The notes below the pieces were generated by a model, which was not told where the DNA came from, searched no databases, and saw only the letters and a list, made by a program, of their open reading frames with translations. A DNA stretch of 52,875 nt, taken from positions 1 through 52,875 of the forward strand of contig CALWJW010000003.1 in assembly GCA_944381095.1 (NCBI GenBank), read 5' to 3'. Below are positions 33,045 through 41,333 of the stretch, one piece after another. The translations under genes and the position numbers were made by a program. Positions within the stretch are counted from its first letter, which is position 1. The number at the start of each line of letters is the position of its first letter. The DNA comes from an uncultured Clostridia bacterium (GTDB lineage Bacteria; Bacillota; Clostridia; Oscillospirales; CAG-272).

Positions 33045-33945
33045 TTACGGCACCTCCGTTTCCGGCATTACGTTCGGTTTTCTTTTTTCTGCTCTCACGT
33101 GACGTCCCGCTTTTTACCGCCGAAAAACACAGATTTATTATAAGAATAAACACGAAAAGCACTGCTGCCGTCGCTATTAAAGCTTCTCTGTGCAGATCCT
33201 GAGCGTATCCCATTTCCATTACTATGTGTGCTGTCATTGTTCTCACGCCGGATAAAATACTTTCCGGTATCACTGTCTGATTTCCGGCTATAAGTATAAC
33301 AGCCATTGTCTCTCCAATCGCTCTTCCGACTCCCAGAATAACTCCTGCGAGAATTCCTGACCTGGCTGCCGGTATGACCGCCTTGAATATGCTTCTTTCG
33401 TGCGTCGCACCCAGTGCAAGCGCACCCTCGTAATAGCTACCGGGTACGCTTCTGAGTGCAGATTCGCTTATGTTTATTACAGTGGGCAGTATCATCATCC
33501 CGAGCATTAAAGACGCTGTAAGCACTCCCTTGCCGCTGGTTCCGAAAATTTTCTGAATAACCGGCACTATTACCACAAGTCCGAAAAATCCGTACACGAC
33601 TGAGGGTATTCCTGCAAGAAGCTCAATTGCCGATTTCAGCGGACGGTATAGCACCGCCGGACAGTAAAATGCCATAAATACCGCACTCATCAGACCTATC
33701 GGTACTCCCACAGTTATTGCTCCTGCCGTTACATATATACTCCCTACTATCATCGGGAGTATCCCGTATAATCCCAGATCCGGATCCCATATTTTGCCGA
33801 ATAAGAAATTGATTATTCCTATTTCACCTATCGCCGGAATACTGTTTGAAAATATGAAAAAGCATATCAGCAGAACCGCCGCAATACTGACTGTCGCCGT
33901 CAGCATAAAAACGTATCTCATCAGCTTTTCTTTTACCGCTGTCAT
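33034..33945 (-). CDS. pstC: Phosphate ABC transporter permease PstC
   Basis: ELLAGIPSVVYGFFG, GRAIGETMAV, HIVMEMGYA. Confidence 0.95.
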   Translation of the reverse strand: MTAVKEKLMRYVFMLTATVSIAAVLLICFFIFSNSIPAIGEIGIINFLFGKIWDPDLGLYGILPMIVGSIYVTAGAITVGVPIGLMSAVFMAFYCPAVLYRPLKSAIELLAGIPSVVYGFFGLVVIVPVIQKIFGTSGKGVLTASLMLGMMILPTVINISESALRSVPGSYYEGALALGATHERSIFKAVIPAARSGILAGVILGVGRAIGETMAVILIAGNQTVIPESILSGVRTMTAHIVMEMGYAQDLHREALIATAAVLFVFILIINLCFSAVKSGTSRESRKKKTERNAGNGGAVNER

Positions 33946-33968
33946 CGCTTCCCTCTCCTGTACGCAAA

Positions 33969-34006
33969 AGGACGACGGCTCACTTTTCAGATTGCCGTAA
34001 CGTCCC
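33969..34006 (-). other. Stem-loop in the pstS-pstC spacer
   Basis: GGACG.ACGGC...GCCGT..CGTCC imperfect inverted repeat; may stabilise pstS mRNA (inference). Confidence 0.4.
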
Positions 34007-34019
34007 GTTCCTTTTCATG

Positions 34020-34883
34020 TCATCCGTTAACTTCCGACCACTCTTTGCTTTCGCCGATGTAAATTTTAGTTATCTGTTCAAGAGTCAGATCGGAACATTC
34101 GTTCTCCTTGTTTACTATCACTGCGATTCCGTCTTTTGCTATCGTCAGACCTGTCAGTCCGCCGTCAATCTCACTCTGCTTGATTTCTCTGGAAGCCATT
34201 CCGATCGTTCCGGGCTTTTCGGTAGCTTCATTCATTCCGGTAGTTGAATCGCTTGTCTGAATGTCAACTGTTACATTCGGATTCAATGCTATATAAGCCT
34301 CTCTCAGTTTTCCCATTACCGGTGAAACAGAGGACGATCCGGCTATTTTTACTGTTCCGCTGATATTTGAGGAAGTATAAGCGGCAGCGTCGTCTTTTAC
34401 CTTGATATAGCCTTCTTTTTCTATTATACTCTGTCCGTTTGAGCTCATTATAAAGTTCACAAAGTCCTGCGTTGCCTGATCAAGTTCACCTTTGTACGCT
34501 ATATTGAACGGTCTTGAAAGTTTATAGGTTCCGTTTTTTACATTTTCGACCGTCGCCTCCACTCCGTTTACTTTGACTGCTTTCACAGTGTCGTTAAGTG
34601 AACCGAGAGAGATGTAACCTACCGCATTTTTTGTGTTGCTTACGCTGGTAATTACAGCTGCGGTACTGCTCTGCGTTTCCGCCTGCGCCATTGTCCTGTC
34701 GACTTTTGTTCCTTCTTCGTTTTTCGCTTCTATTCCGGTTATTTCTATGAATGCACTTCTTGTTCCGGAACCCTTTTCCCTTGTTATTACCGTTATGCCG
34801 CTCATTTCTCCGGCACATCCGCAGAATAACATCACTGCCGTTACAATTGTCATAATAGTTGCCAAAATCTTCTTTTTCATCAT
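34020..34883 (-). CDS. pstS: Phosphate-binding lipoprotein
   Basis: Lipoprotein signal (LFCGC), TREKGSGTRSAF, YKLSRPF, AGSSSV, GMASRE, IAKDGIAVIVN. Confidence 0.92.
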   Translation of the reverse strand: MMKKKILATIMTIVTAVMLFCGCAGEMSGITVITREKGSGTRSAFIEITGIEAKNEEGTKVDRTMAQAETQSSTAAVITSVSNTKNAVGYISLGSLNDTVKAVKVNGVEATVENVKNGTYKLSRPFNIAYKGELDQATQDFVNFIMSSNGQSIIEKEGYIKVKDDAAAYTSSNISGTVKIAGSSSVSPVMGKLREAYIALNPNVTVDIQTSDSTTGMNEATEKPGTIGMASREIKQSEIDGGLTGLTIAKDGIAVIVNKENECSDLTLEQITKIYIGESKEWSEVNG

Positions 34884-34910
34884 TTTATCTCCTTTTCCTT
34901 TGTTGACTGC

Positions 34911-34965
34911 ATTCTATCACCGCAGTGTTAACTCTGAAATCTTAACAGTGTTAATTCTGTGTTAA
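34911..34965 (-). promoter_or_regulatory. Pho box (four TTAA(C/G)A repeats) with extended -10
   Basis: Minus-strand TTAACA at 34965, 34954 and 34931, TTAAGA at 34945; TGaTAGAAT at 34919-34911; matches the B. subtilis PhoP TT(A/T/C)ACA repeat. Confidence 0.75.
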
Positions 34966-35145
34966 TCGCTGCTTTTAGTATTTCAACTCCGGTCAATTAT
35001 ATTCAGTGTGAGATTTCATTTGACTTTTTTGTCCTGACTGTGTTGTTTGTTTTCGCTTGAATATTATTTTATATTACAGTTCCGGTGTCATCAAACGGAC
35101 TGACGCTTTTTTTCAGACACAAAGAATATTACTCGATAAGCAAAC

Positions 35146-35176
35146 AAAAAACGGTTGACTTTTACGCCAACCGTTA
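35146..35176 (-). terminator. Intrinsic terminator of the LRR gene
   Basis: Minus strand AACGGTTG-loop-CAACCGTT then TTTT. Confidence 0.6.
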
Positions 35177-35194
35177 TTGAAACACTCTGTTATT

Positions 35195-36679
35195 TTAACG
35201 CATGTTTATTTTGTGTGATTTTTTCAGCTTGAATTTTTCGTCGTTTATGAGGGAAAATCTCAGCCTTTGCTCCGTGGCGAACTGCTCGGCAAATGAACCC
35301 GCTCTGCCGTATATGCAAAGCTTTATATCACCTTCGAATACTCTTCCGCCGACAAACTGAATGCTGTCCGGAAAATAAACTTTTTCAAGAGATTTACATC
35401 CTTCAAAAGCAAAATTTCCCACTTCGTAGCACCCTTCCGGAACATTTATTTCACTGAGCGCCGCACAACCGTTGAATCCGTAATCAGATATAGCTTCCAG
35501 TCCTTCGGAAAGTTCGACCTTTTCCAGACTCGTGCAGTTTTTAAACGCAGCCTCCTCAATCTTCACTACGGTTCCCGGTACATACAATTCTCTCAAAGCA
35601 TAACATTCCCCGAATGAATTGTCGCCTATTTTTTCAAGACCTTCCGGCAGTTTTGCGGAAATTATACCGCTTTTGTAAAAAGCAAACGGACCTATCGTTT
35701 TGAGTGCTGACGAGAAAAAGAATTCCCCCGCGGGACAACCGAGAAATGCCTCTTTTTCTATTTCAGTTACAGTATCCGGCATTATTATCTTTTCACAGTT
35801 CTTACTTTTCCTGAATGCTCCCGCAGCTATTTTCGTGACTCCGTCCGGAATTTTCACCTCAACTGACAGACCACTGTACCTGTGCAGAACTCCTCCTCTG
35901 ACATCAAAGTCCTTTTCGCTCTGCTCTGTTATCTTTCTGCTCCTTATATTGTCGTCAATAAGTCCGGCGATCGTGTATGTCTTTTTGATGTATTCCGATT
36001 CTCCCGTAAAAGGATACATAATACGTTGACGCATTGGTTCCAGACTGATTTTTCCATCATATTGTATTTTTAGGTAATACCCTGATCTTTCCATGTCGTA
36101 ATTAACTCTGCCGTCTCCGTCAACCAGTACGTCAGTCGAAGGAAGTTCCTTCGCCACTGCCGGATCGCTGAGCGTAAAATTAAGGGAATCCAAAATTGCT
36201 TCCACCGCCGACGTATCTGCAAAATGACCCCGCTCCACTTTTTTTCTCCTGATCTGGGAACGTGAAAGGACAAGCGGCAAGATGACCGCCGCTGACGCCG
36301 TCAAAGCGGCTGCCACGGCAAAATTCAACAGTGCAGACTTATCGTCAAACAAAAAATATGAAATACCGGACAGTACGGTTCCCAATACCAACGGTATCAT
36401 TACCGAAATGACTATCTTTGTATTGAGCTTTTTGTTTATTCTTCTTTGATTTGCCGCAATCCTTCCGAGACATGCGCCGCAGTATCTTCTCCTTATTATT
36501 CCGCAGGCATTTTCCAGCTTTCTTGTTATTGTGTCCTCGCTGTCTTTTTCTTTAAGCACTTTGTTTTCAGTCACCCAGTAGTCTTTTATAAAGTCCGCAC
36601 GGCGCCCGCATTTACAAAGCTTTGTTTTCTTTATCCCGTCCTCGGTTACAGTTTCGTTCACGAAAGCGTTATTCGTCAT
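35195..36679 (-). CDS. Membrane protein with C-terminal BspA-type leucine-rich repeats
   Basis: Repeats such as IPDGVTKIAAGAF, LPEGLEKIGDNSFGEC, VPEGCYEVGNFAFEGC; two TM segments; N-terminal CKC and CGAC. Confidence 0.82.
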   Translation of the reverse strand: MTNNAFVNETVTEDGIKKTKLCKCGRRADFIKDYWVTENKVLKEKDSEDTITRKLENACGIIRRRYCGACLGRIAANQRRINKKLNTKIVISVMIPLVLGTVLSGISYFLFDDKSALLNFAVAAALTASAAVILPLVLSRSQIRRKKVERGHFADTSAVEAILDSLNFTLSDPAVAKELPSTDVLVDGDGRVNYDMERSGYYLKIQYDGKISLEPMRQRIMYPFTGESEYIKKTYTIAGLIDDNIRSRKITEQSEKDFDVRGGVLHRYSGLSVEVKIPDGVTKIAAGAFRKSKNCEKIIMPDTVTEIEKEAFLGCPAGEFFFSSALKTIGPFAFYKSGIISAKLPEGLEKIGDNSFGECYALRELYVPGTVVKIEEAAFKNCTSLEKVELSEGLEAISDYGFNGCAALSEINVPEGCYEVGNFAFEGCKSLEKVYFPDSIQFVGGRVFEGDIKLCIYGRAGSFAEQFATEQRLRFSLINDEKFKLKKSHKINMR

Positions 36680-37427
36680 CTCCGGTTACGTTCTCCTCGC
36701 TTTTGAATTCTATCTTGTTTTTTTCACAAAACTCCAAAACCTTTGCCGCCGTCAGAGTTCTGTTGTACTCCAACCATTCTTCTTCTTTTCCGCTCTCTCT
36801 TACAAGCTTTGCAAACTTATTTCGGTCCTTTACATATTTCTTGCCGTTCAATCCGTAATGCTCTTCACAGAAATCCGATATTGACTTATGAGTTTCTTCT
36901 TCGGAGAGTGAAGGCAGTATATAAAACTCCTCCGGATTTTCCATTACTTCGCCTGCCAGCATGATTTTTGCGTATTCACTCGGTTTATATTCTCTGGACA
37001 TCGATACGCTTCCCCATATCTCAGCGAGCCTGAGATGTGAGTCCCCTATTTCAAACGCCTCCATGTCGGACTTTCTCATATATTGGACTCTTCCTATACC
37101 CTTGGAATTTATGAAGTCGATCATATCTTCCACCGATGTCATGATCTTTGTTACTTTTTCTCCGTCGTCAGTAATATTGTCATCCCCGTCGTCCTCAAAC
37201 TCTATCGCATCTTCCGCTCCCTCTTCTTCGGTGCCTGTTTCTCCGGAAATTTCTGTTTCGTCGCAGTCCGGATTATTGACTCCGACATTCTCTGCCGATG
37301 CGTCTCCGCTTACGTCAAGATTATTTTCCGTTTCCGTCACTTCGGTTGCAATTTCTTCATTGTCAGTCTGAATACTGTCAATTGACGTTTCATTGTCCTT
37401 TTTATTTTTCTTTCCGAACCAAAACAT
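36669..37427 (-). CDS. Acidic protein with a C-terminal UPF0158-like domain
   Basis: Very D/E-rich N-terminal ~90 aa; C-terminal FYILPSL...F...EEEWLEY...LEFCEKNKIEF pattern resembles UPF0158; RBS GGAGG. Confidence 0.6.
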   Translation of the reverse strand: MFWFGKKNKKDNETSIDSIQTDNEEIATEVTETENNLDVSGDASAENVGVNNPDCDETEISGETGTEEEGAEDAIEFEDDGDDNITDDGEKVTKIMTSVEDMIDFINSKGIGRVQYMRKSDMEAFEIGDSHLRLAEIWGSVSMSREYKPSEYAKIMLAGEVMENPEEFYILPSLSEEETHKSISDFCEEHYGLNGKKYVKDRNKFAKLVRESGKEEEWLEYNRTLTAAKVLEFCEKNKIEFKSEENVTGDDE

Positions 37428-37495
37428 CAGATTACCTCCGCTAATTGTTCACCGAATAGACAAATTTACATCCGAAATCCGGCGGTATTATGTGT

Positions 37496-37524
37496 ATTAT
37501 AACATCGTCAAAAAATAATTTCAA
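37496..37524 (-). promoter_or_regulatory. sigmaA promoter for the UPF0158-LRR pair
   Basis: TTGAAA, 17 bp, TATAAT with TG extension. Confidence 0.6.
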
Positions 37525-37561
37525 GTGTTTTTCTGAAAAAATACCTTATTATTTACTTTCA

Positions 37562-37589
37562 TAAAAAAATGACCGCCCTTCCGGGCGGT
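37562..37589 (-). terminator. Intrinsic terminator of purA
   Basis: GACCGCCC-GGAA-GGGCGGTC followed by a T run on the minus strand. Confidence 0.75.
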
Positions 37590-37657
37590 CCGATAGAACT
37601 TTACTGCTGTTTGTATCATAAGAAACCTTTCATTTCAGTTCAGTCCTGTCCGGAAAA

Positions 37658-38929
37658 TCAAAGCTTGATGTATGCTTCTCTTTCGGCACCGACAGAAATG
37701 TAGGAAATCCTGCATTTCATCTGTTCTTCAATGTATTTTATATATTTTTTTGCGTTCTCCGGAAGTTCATCGAATTTTCTGCAAGAAGAAATATCACTCA
37801 TCCAGCCGTCAAAATATTCGTATACCGGTCTGGCCTTTTCCAGTCTGTCGCCTATCGGAAAATCGCCTGTTATTTCTCCGTCAACGCTGTAAGCCACACA
37901 TACCGGTATTTTTTTCAGATATGAAAGAATATCCAGCTTTGTCAGCGCAAGCTCGGTAGCTCCCTGAACTCTAACGCCGTATCTTGACGCCACTACGTCA
38001 AATCCGCCGACTCTTCTCGGTCTTCCGGTGGCGGCTCCGTATTCTCCGCCGGCTTCTCTTAACTCCTTACCCTCATCGCCGAACATTTCACAGGTAAAAG
38101 GTCCCTCACCGACACAGCTGGAATATGCCTTGATTATTCCTATCGTACTGTCTATTTTCAGCCCGGGGACACCCGCTCCTATCGGGGCGTACGCCGAAAT
38201 AACCGATGACGACGATGTATACGGATATATTCCGAAGTCAATATCCCTGAGTGCTCCGAGCTGCGCCTCAAACATGATCTTTTTGTCTTTTCCGGCTTCA
38301 TCGTTGAGATATTTGCCGACATCGCAAACATACGGTTTAAGCCAGTCTCCGTATTCAGCCAGCCAGCTCAGCATTTCATCTGCGTCTATCGGGGCATGAC
38401 CGTAACCGTTCTTTATGGTCAGATTCTTCCATTCAACTATATTCCTGACTTTATCCGGCAGGGTTTTGGGCATCAGCAGATCTCCCATGCGGATTCCCTT
38501 TTTCATATATTTGTCTGAATACACAGGCGCTATTCCTCTGCGTGTTGAGCCGAATTTGGCGTCACCGAGCCTGTCCTCTTCCAGACAGTCAAGCAGCTTA
38601 TGATACGGCATGCATATTATCGCCTTGTCACTTATTTTCAGATTTTCCGGAGATATCGCTATACCTTTTTCAGTGAGCGCGGCAACCTCCTTTGTAAGAT
38701 GCTCTATATCGATAACCATTCCGTTGCCCATTACGTTCACGGTTGTAGAACGCAGTATTCCGGAGGGAAGCAGATTGAGAATAAACTTTCCCTTCTCGTT
38801 GACTACCGTATGACCGGCGTTGTTGCCGCCTTGATAACGTACGACAATATCGTAATCGGAAGAAAGCAGATCCACCATTCTGCCCTTTCCTTCATCTCCC
38901 CAGTTAATTCCGACAATCGCAGTAAGCAT
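37658..38929 (-). CDS. purA: Adenylosuccinate synthetase
   Basis: WGDEGKG, QGGNNAGHT, GSTRRGIAP, EYGAATGRPRRVG, LTKLD. Confidence 0.97.
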   Translation of the reverse strand: MLTAIVGINWGDEGKGRMVDLLSSDYDIVVRYQGGNNAGHTVVNEKGKFILNLLPSGILRSTTVNVMGNGMVIDIEHLTKEVAALTEKGIAISPENLKISDKAIICMPYHKLLDCLEEDRLGDAKFGSTRRGIAPVYSDKYMKKGIRMGDLLMPKTLPDKVRNIVEWKNLTIKNGYGHAPIDADEMLSWLAEYGDWLKPYVCDVGKYLNDEAGKDKKIMFEAQLGALRDIDFGIYPYTSSSSVISAYAPIGAGVPGLKIDSTIGIIKAYSSCVGEGPFTCEMFGDEGKELREAGGEYGAATGRPRRVGGFDVVASRYGVRVQGATELALTKLDILSYLKKIPVCVAYSVDGEITGDFPIGDRLEKARPVYEYFDGWMSDISSCRKFDELPENAKKYIKYIEEQMKCRISYISVGAEREAYIKL

Positions 38930-39046
38930 TTGTTTTTTTCCGTTTCTCCGGCGTTATTTTTTCGATTTTTTTACCTTCGCCGGCAGGCATTCTGTTTTAC
39001 ACTAAAAAAGCATGGAATTCCGACAGACTCATTCCGTGCCCATAAT

Positions 39047-39075
39047 ATTATAACTCTTTCCACTCTCAAAGTCAA
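39047..39075 (-). promoter_or_regulatory. sigmaA promoter of purA
   Basis: TTGACT (39075-39070), 17 bp, TATAAT (39052-39047). Confidence 0.7.
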
Positions 39076-39212
39076 GAACTTTTTTCGTATTTTTATTCCT
39101 GCCCGCACACTTCTGTAAAAATGCAGCGGCGACGCTCATAACAGTGAAAAAACAATTAAGCAAGCCGTCGGGAAATTGATGCCGCTGTGGTAGGCAAGAT
39201 TGAAAATACTGC

Positions 39213-39241
39213 TTGAAAATATTTTCGTTCTGTGCTATAAT
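39213..39241 (+). promoter_or_regulatory. sigmaA promoter of the ECF sigma cluster
   Basis: TTGAAA, 17 bp, TATAAT with TG extension; TTGAAAATA occurs at both 39200 and 39213. Confidence 0.6.
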
Positions 39242-39285
39242 GTTCCTGAAAACGGAACGGATTTCAGACCGGGAAAGGAGGCGGC

Positions 39286-39792
39286 ATGGGAGAATTTGAG
39301 GAAGTATACCGCAGTCATTACAAAGATGTCTATAAATTTCTTTACTTTACCTGCGGAAAAAACCACTCTCTTGCGGAAGAACTGACTCAGGAAACTTTTT
39401 ATGAAGCTTTCCGGTGTTATCACAAATATGATTCTTCCTGTTCTGTCACAACATGGCTATGTGCCATCGGAAAAAATCTCTGGTTCCATTACCTGAGAAA
39501 AAACAAAGGAATTCCGGTCGATTACTCGGTACTGAGCGAAATGGTCAGTAATGAACCTGATTCCGACCCGATGTTCAACGTAGAAAGGGACGAGGTTTGT
39601 CTCAAAGTCAGAAAAGCCATTGCTTCACTTAAACCCCGTTACAGAGAGATTGTCTGGCTGAGGAGCATAGCAGAGCTGCCGTTTTCCAGAATCGCGGAAA
39701 TTATGAATATTTCCGAAAACTCCGCAAAAGTGCTTTTTTTCAGAGCAAAAAACCAAATCAAGGAGAAACTTGAAAGTGAAGGATATTTTTAA
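39286..39792 (+). CDS. ECF-type RNA polymerase sigma factor
   Basis: AEELTQETF, TWLCAIGKN (region 2); LKPRYREIVWLR...IAEIM...FRAK (region 4); RBS AAGGAGG. Confidence 0.92.
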   Translation: MGEFEEVYRSHYKDVYKFLYFTCGKNHSLAEELTQETFYEAFRCYHKYDSSCSVTTWLCAIGKNLWFHYLRKNKGIPVDYSVLSEMVSNEPDSDPMFNVERDEVCLKVRKAIASLKPRYREIVWLRSIAELPFSRIAEIMNISENSAKVLFFRAKNQIKEKLESEGYF

Positions 39793-40096
39793 AGATAAAT
39801 GCGAAATAGTTCGGGACTTGCTCCCGCTTTTTGCCGATAACTCATGCAGCCGTTCGGCTTCGGACTGTATCGAAGTGCACCTTATCACCTGCAAAGCCTG
39901 CCGTGACTACCTGAATTCCATAAAAAACAGCCGCAAAGCTGAAAACACACAGCAGGATATACCGGACTCTTCTCCTGATTTTGCCGGTCTTCTTGCGAAA
40001 ATCAGACGCCATAAGATTGTGACAAGGTCTGTTTTTGCCGCCGTTACAGTCGGACTTGCCGCACTCAACATATCTTTCTGGCTTACAAAGGACTGA
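39770..40096 (+). CDS. Zinc-finger (zf-HC2) anti-sigma factor with one C-terminal TM
   Basis: CEIVRDLLPL...HLITCKAC (HxxxCxxC); overlaps the sigma gene; start TTG 39770 or GTG 39776. Confidence 0.85.
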   Translation: MKVKDIFKDKCEIVRDLLPLFADNSCSRSASDCIEVHLITCKACRDYLNSIKNSRKAENTQQDIPDSSPDFAGLLAKIRRHKIVTRSVFAAVTVGLAALNISFWLTKD

Positions 40097-40100
40097 TACA

Positions 40101-41147
40101 ATGATAAACAAAGATTCTGTCGGGCGCGTTCCCGACAGTTCTGACGGCGTTGCTGTATCATCTGTGCAAACTGCCGGTTCAGAGCGCATCCACAACCACG
40201 GACCGAATACTGAAAAACACTCAGCAAGATGTAATCAGGAGTTTCTGTACAGTAATTGTCGGCTTTGTCCGTTTCAGTGCGGAGTCAATCGTCTGAAAGG
40301 AGAAACCGGAAGATGCGGCGCATCTTCCGGTATTTGTGTTACAAATATTCAGAAACACGAATGGGAAGAGCCATGTCTGTCCGGTCAGGGACTTGAAAAT
40401 CCGGTAAAAGGCTCGGGCACAGTTTTTTTTACTCACTGCTCTCTCGGTTGTGTTTACTGCCAGAACAGCCGGATAAGTTCACGTACAACACCGCTCGGCA
40501 GAACTGTTTCGCCCGAAGTATTAGCTTCCGAAATGCTGAGACTTCAAGAAAGCGGTGTTCACAATATAAATCTTGTCACTCCGACTCATTTTGTTCCCGG
40601 AATAATAACCGCACTTGTTTGCGCCAGACAAAACGGTCTTAATATCCCGGTCGTCTATAATTCCGGCGGATATGAAAGTATTGAAACTCTGGATATGCTC
40701 GACGGTCTGATCGATATCTATCTTCCTGATTACAAGTACTTCTCTTCCCGTCTGTCTTCACTGTACTCCCATGCTCCGGATTATCGGGAAAAATGCGAAA
40801 AAGCGATCGCGGCTATGCAAAAACAGACCGGTAAACCTGTTTTCGACGAAAAGGGTTTTCTGAAAAAAGGGACAATTGTCCGTCACCTTGTCCTCCCGGG
40901 ATGTGACTACGACTCAGTTAAAATTATCTCGGAAATTTTCCGGCTTTTCGGTCGGGACGGGGTAATTCTTTCACTGATGAGTCAATTCACTCCGGTAAAC
41001 ACTACTCCTTTCCCGGAGCTTAACGTAAAACTGCCCGCCGCGGCTTACCTCAGAGTGGTATCTGCCGCACAGAAATTAAAATTCAAATATGTCTACACTC
41101 AGGGCGGAGACAGCGCCGCAGAAAGTTTTATTCCGGATTTTATCTGA
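40101..41147 (+). CDS. Radical SAM protein, PflX-like
   Basis: CRLCPFQCGVNR...GRC, WEEPCLSG, GSGTVFF, CSLGCVYCQN, NINLVTPTH, YLPDYKY, RHLVLPG; RBS AAAGGA. Confidence 0.88.
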   Translation: MINKDSVGRVPDSSDGVAVSSVQTAGSERIHNHGPNTEKHSARCNQEFLYSNCRLCPFQCGVNRLKGETGRCGASSGICVTNIQKHEWEEPCLSGQGLENPVKGSGTVFFTHCSLGCVYCQNSRISSRTTPLGRTVSPEVLASEMLRLQESGVHNINLVTPTHFVPGIITALVCARQNGLNIPVVYNSGGYESIETLDMLDGLIDIYLPDYKYFSSRLSSLYSHAPDYREKCEKAIAAMQKQTGKPVFDEKGFLKKGTIVRHLVLPGCDYDSVKIISEIFRLFGRDGVILSLMSQFTPVNTTPFPELNVKLPAAAYLRVVSAAQKLKFKYVYTQGGDSAAESFIPDFI

Positions 41148-41241
41148 ATACTCAGACTTTCCATAGGGTAAGCAGCTTTCCTTTGACAGACATTTCATCT
41201 CAATTTGTTTTTGTATACGGTGTAAAATATCGGTTTATTGA

Positions 41242-41285
41242 TTGACAAACGGGAAATAATATGCTAAAATCAAAGGGACTTTGAT
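41242..41285 (+). promoter_or_regulatory. sigmaA promoter of the P-type ATPase with an adjacent palindrome
   Basis: TTGACA, 17 bp, TAAAAT with TG; ATCAAAG-GGA-CTTTGAT at 41269-41285. Confidence 0.6.
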
Positions 41286-41333
41286 GTCATAATTTCACTT
41301 TACAGGAAAATAATTCAGAAAGGTACGCAGATA

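Noticed and set aside
41148-41333. yybP-ykoY riboswitch before the P2A ATPase
   Set aside because: The predicted leader is only ~55 nt and lacks the recognisable consensus.
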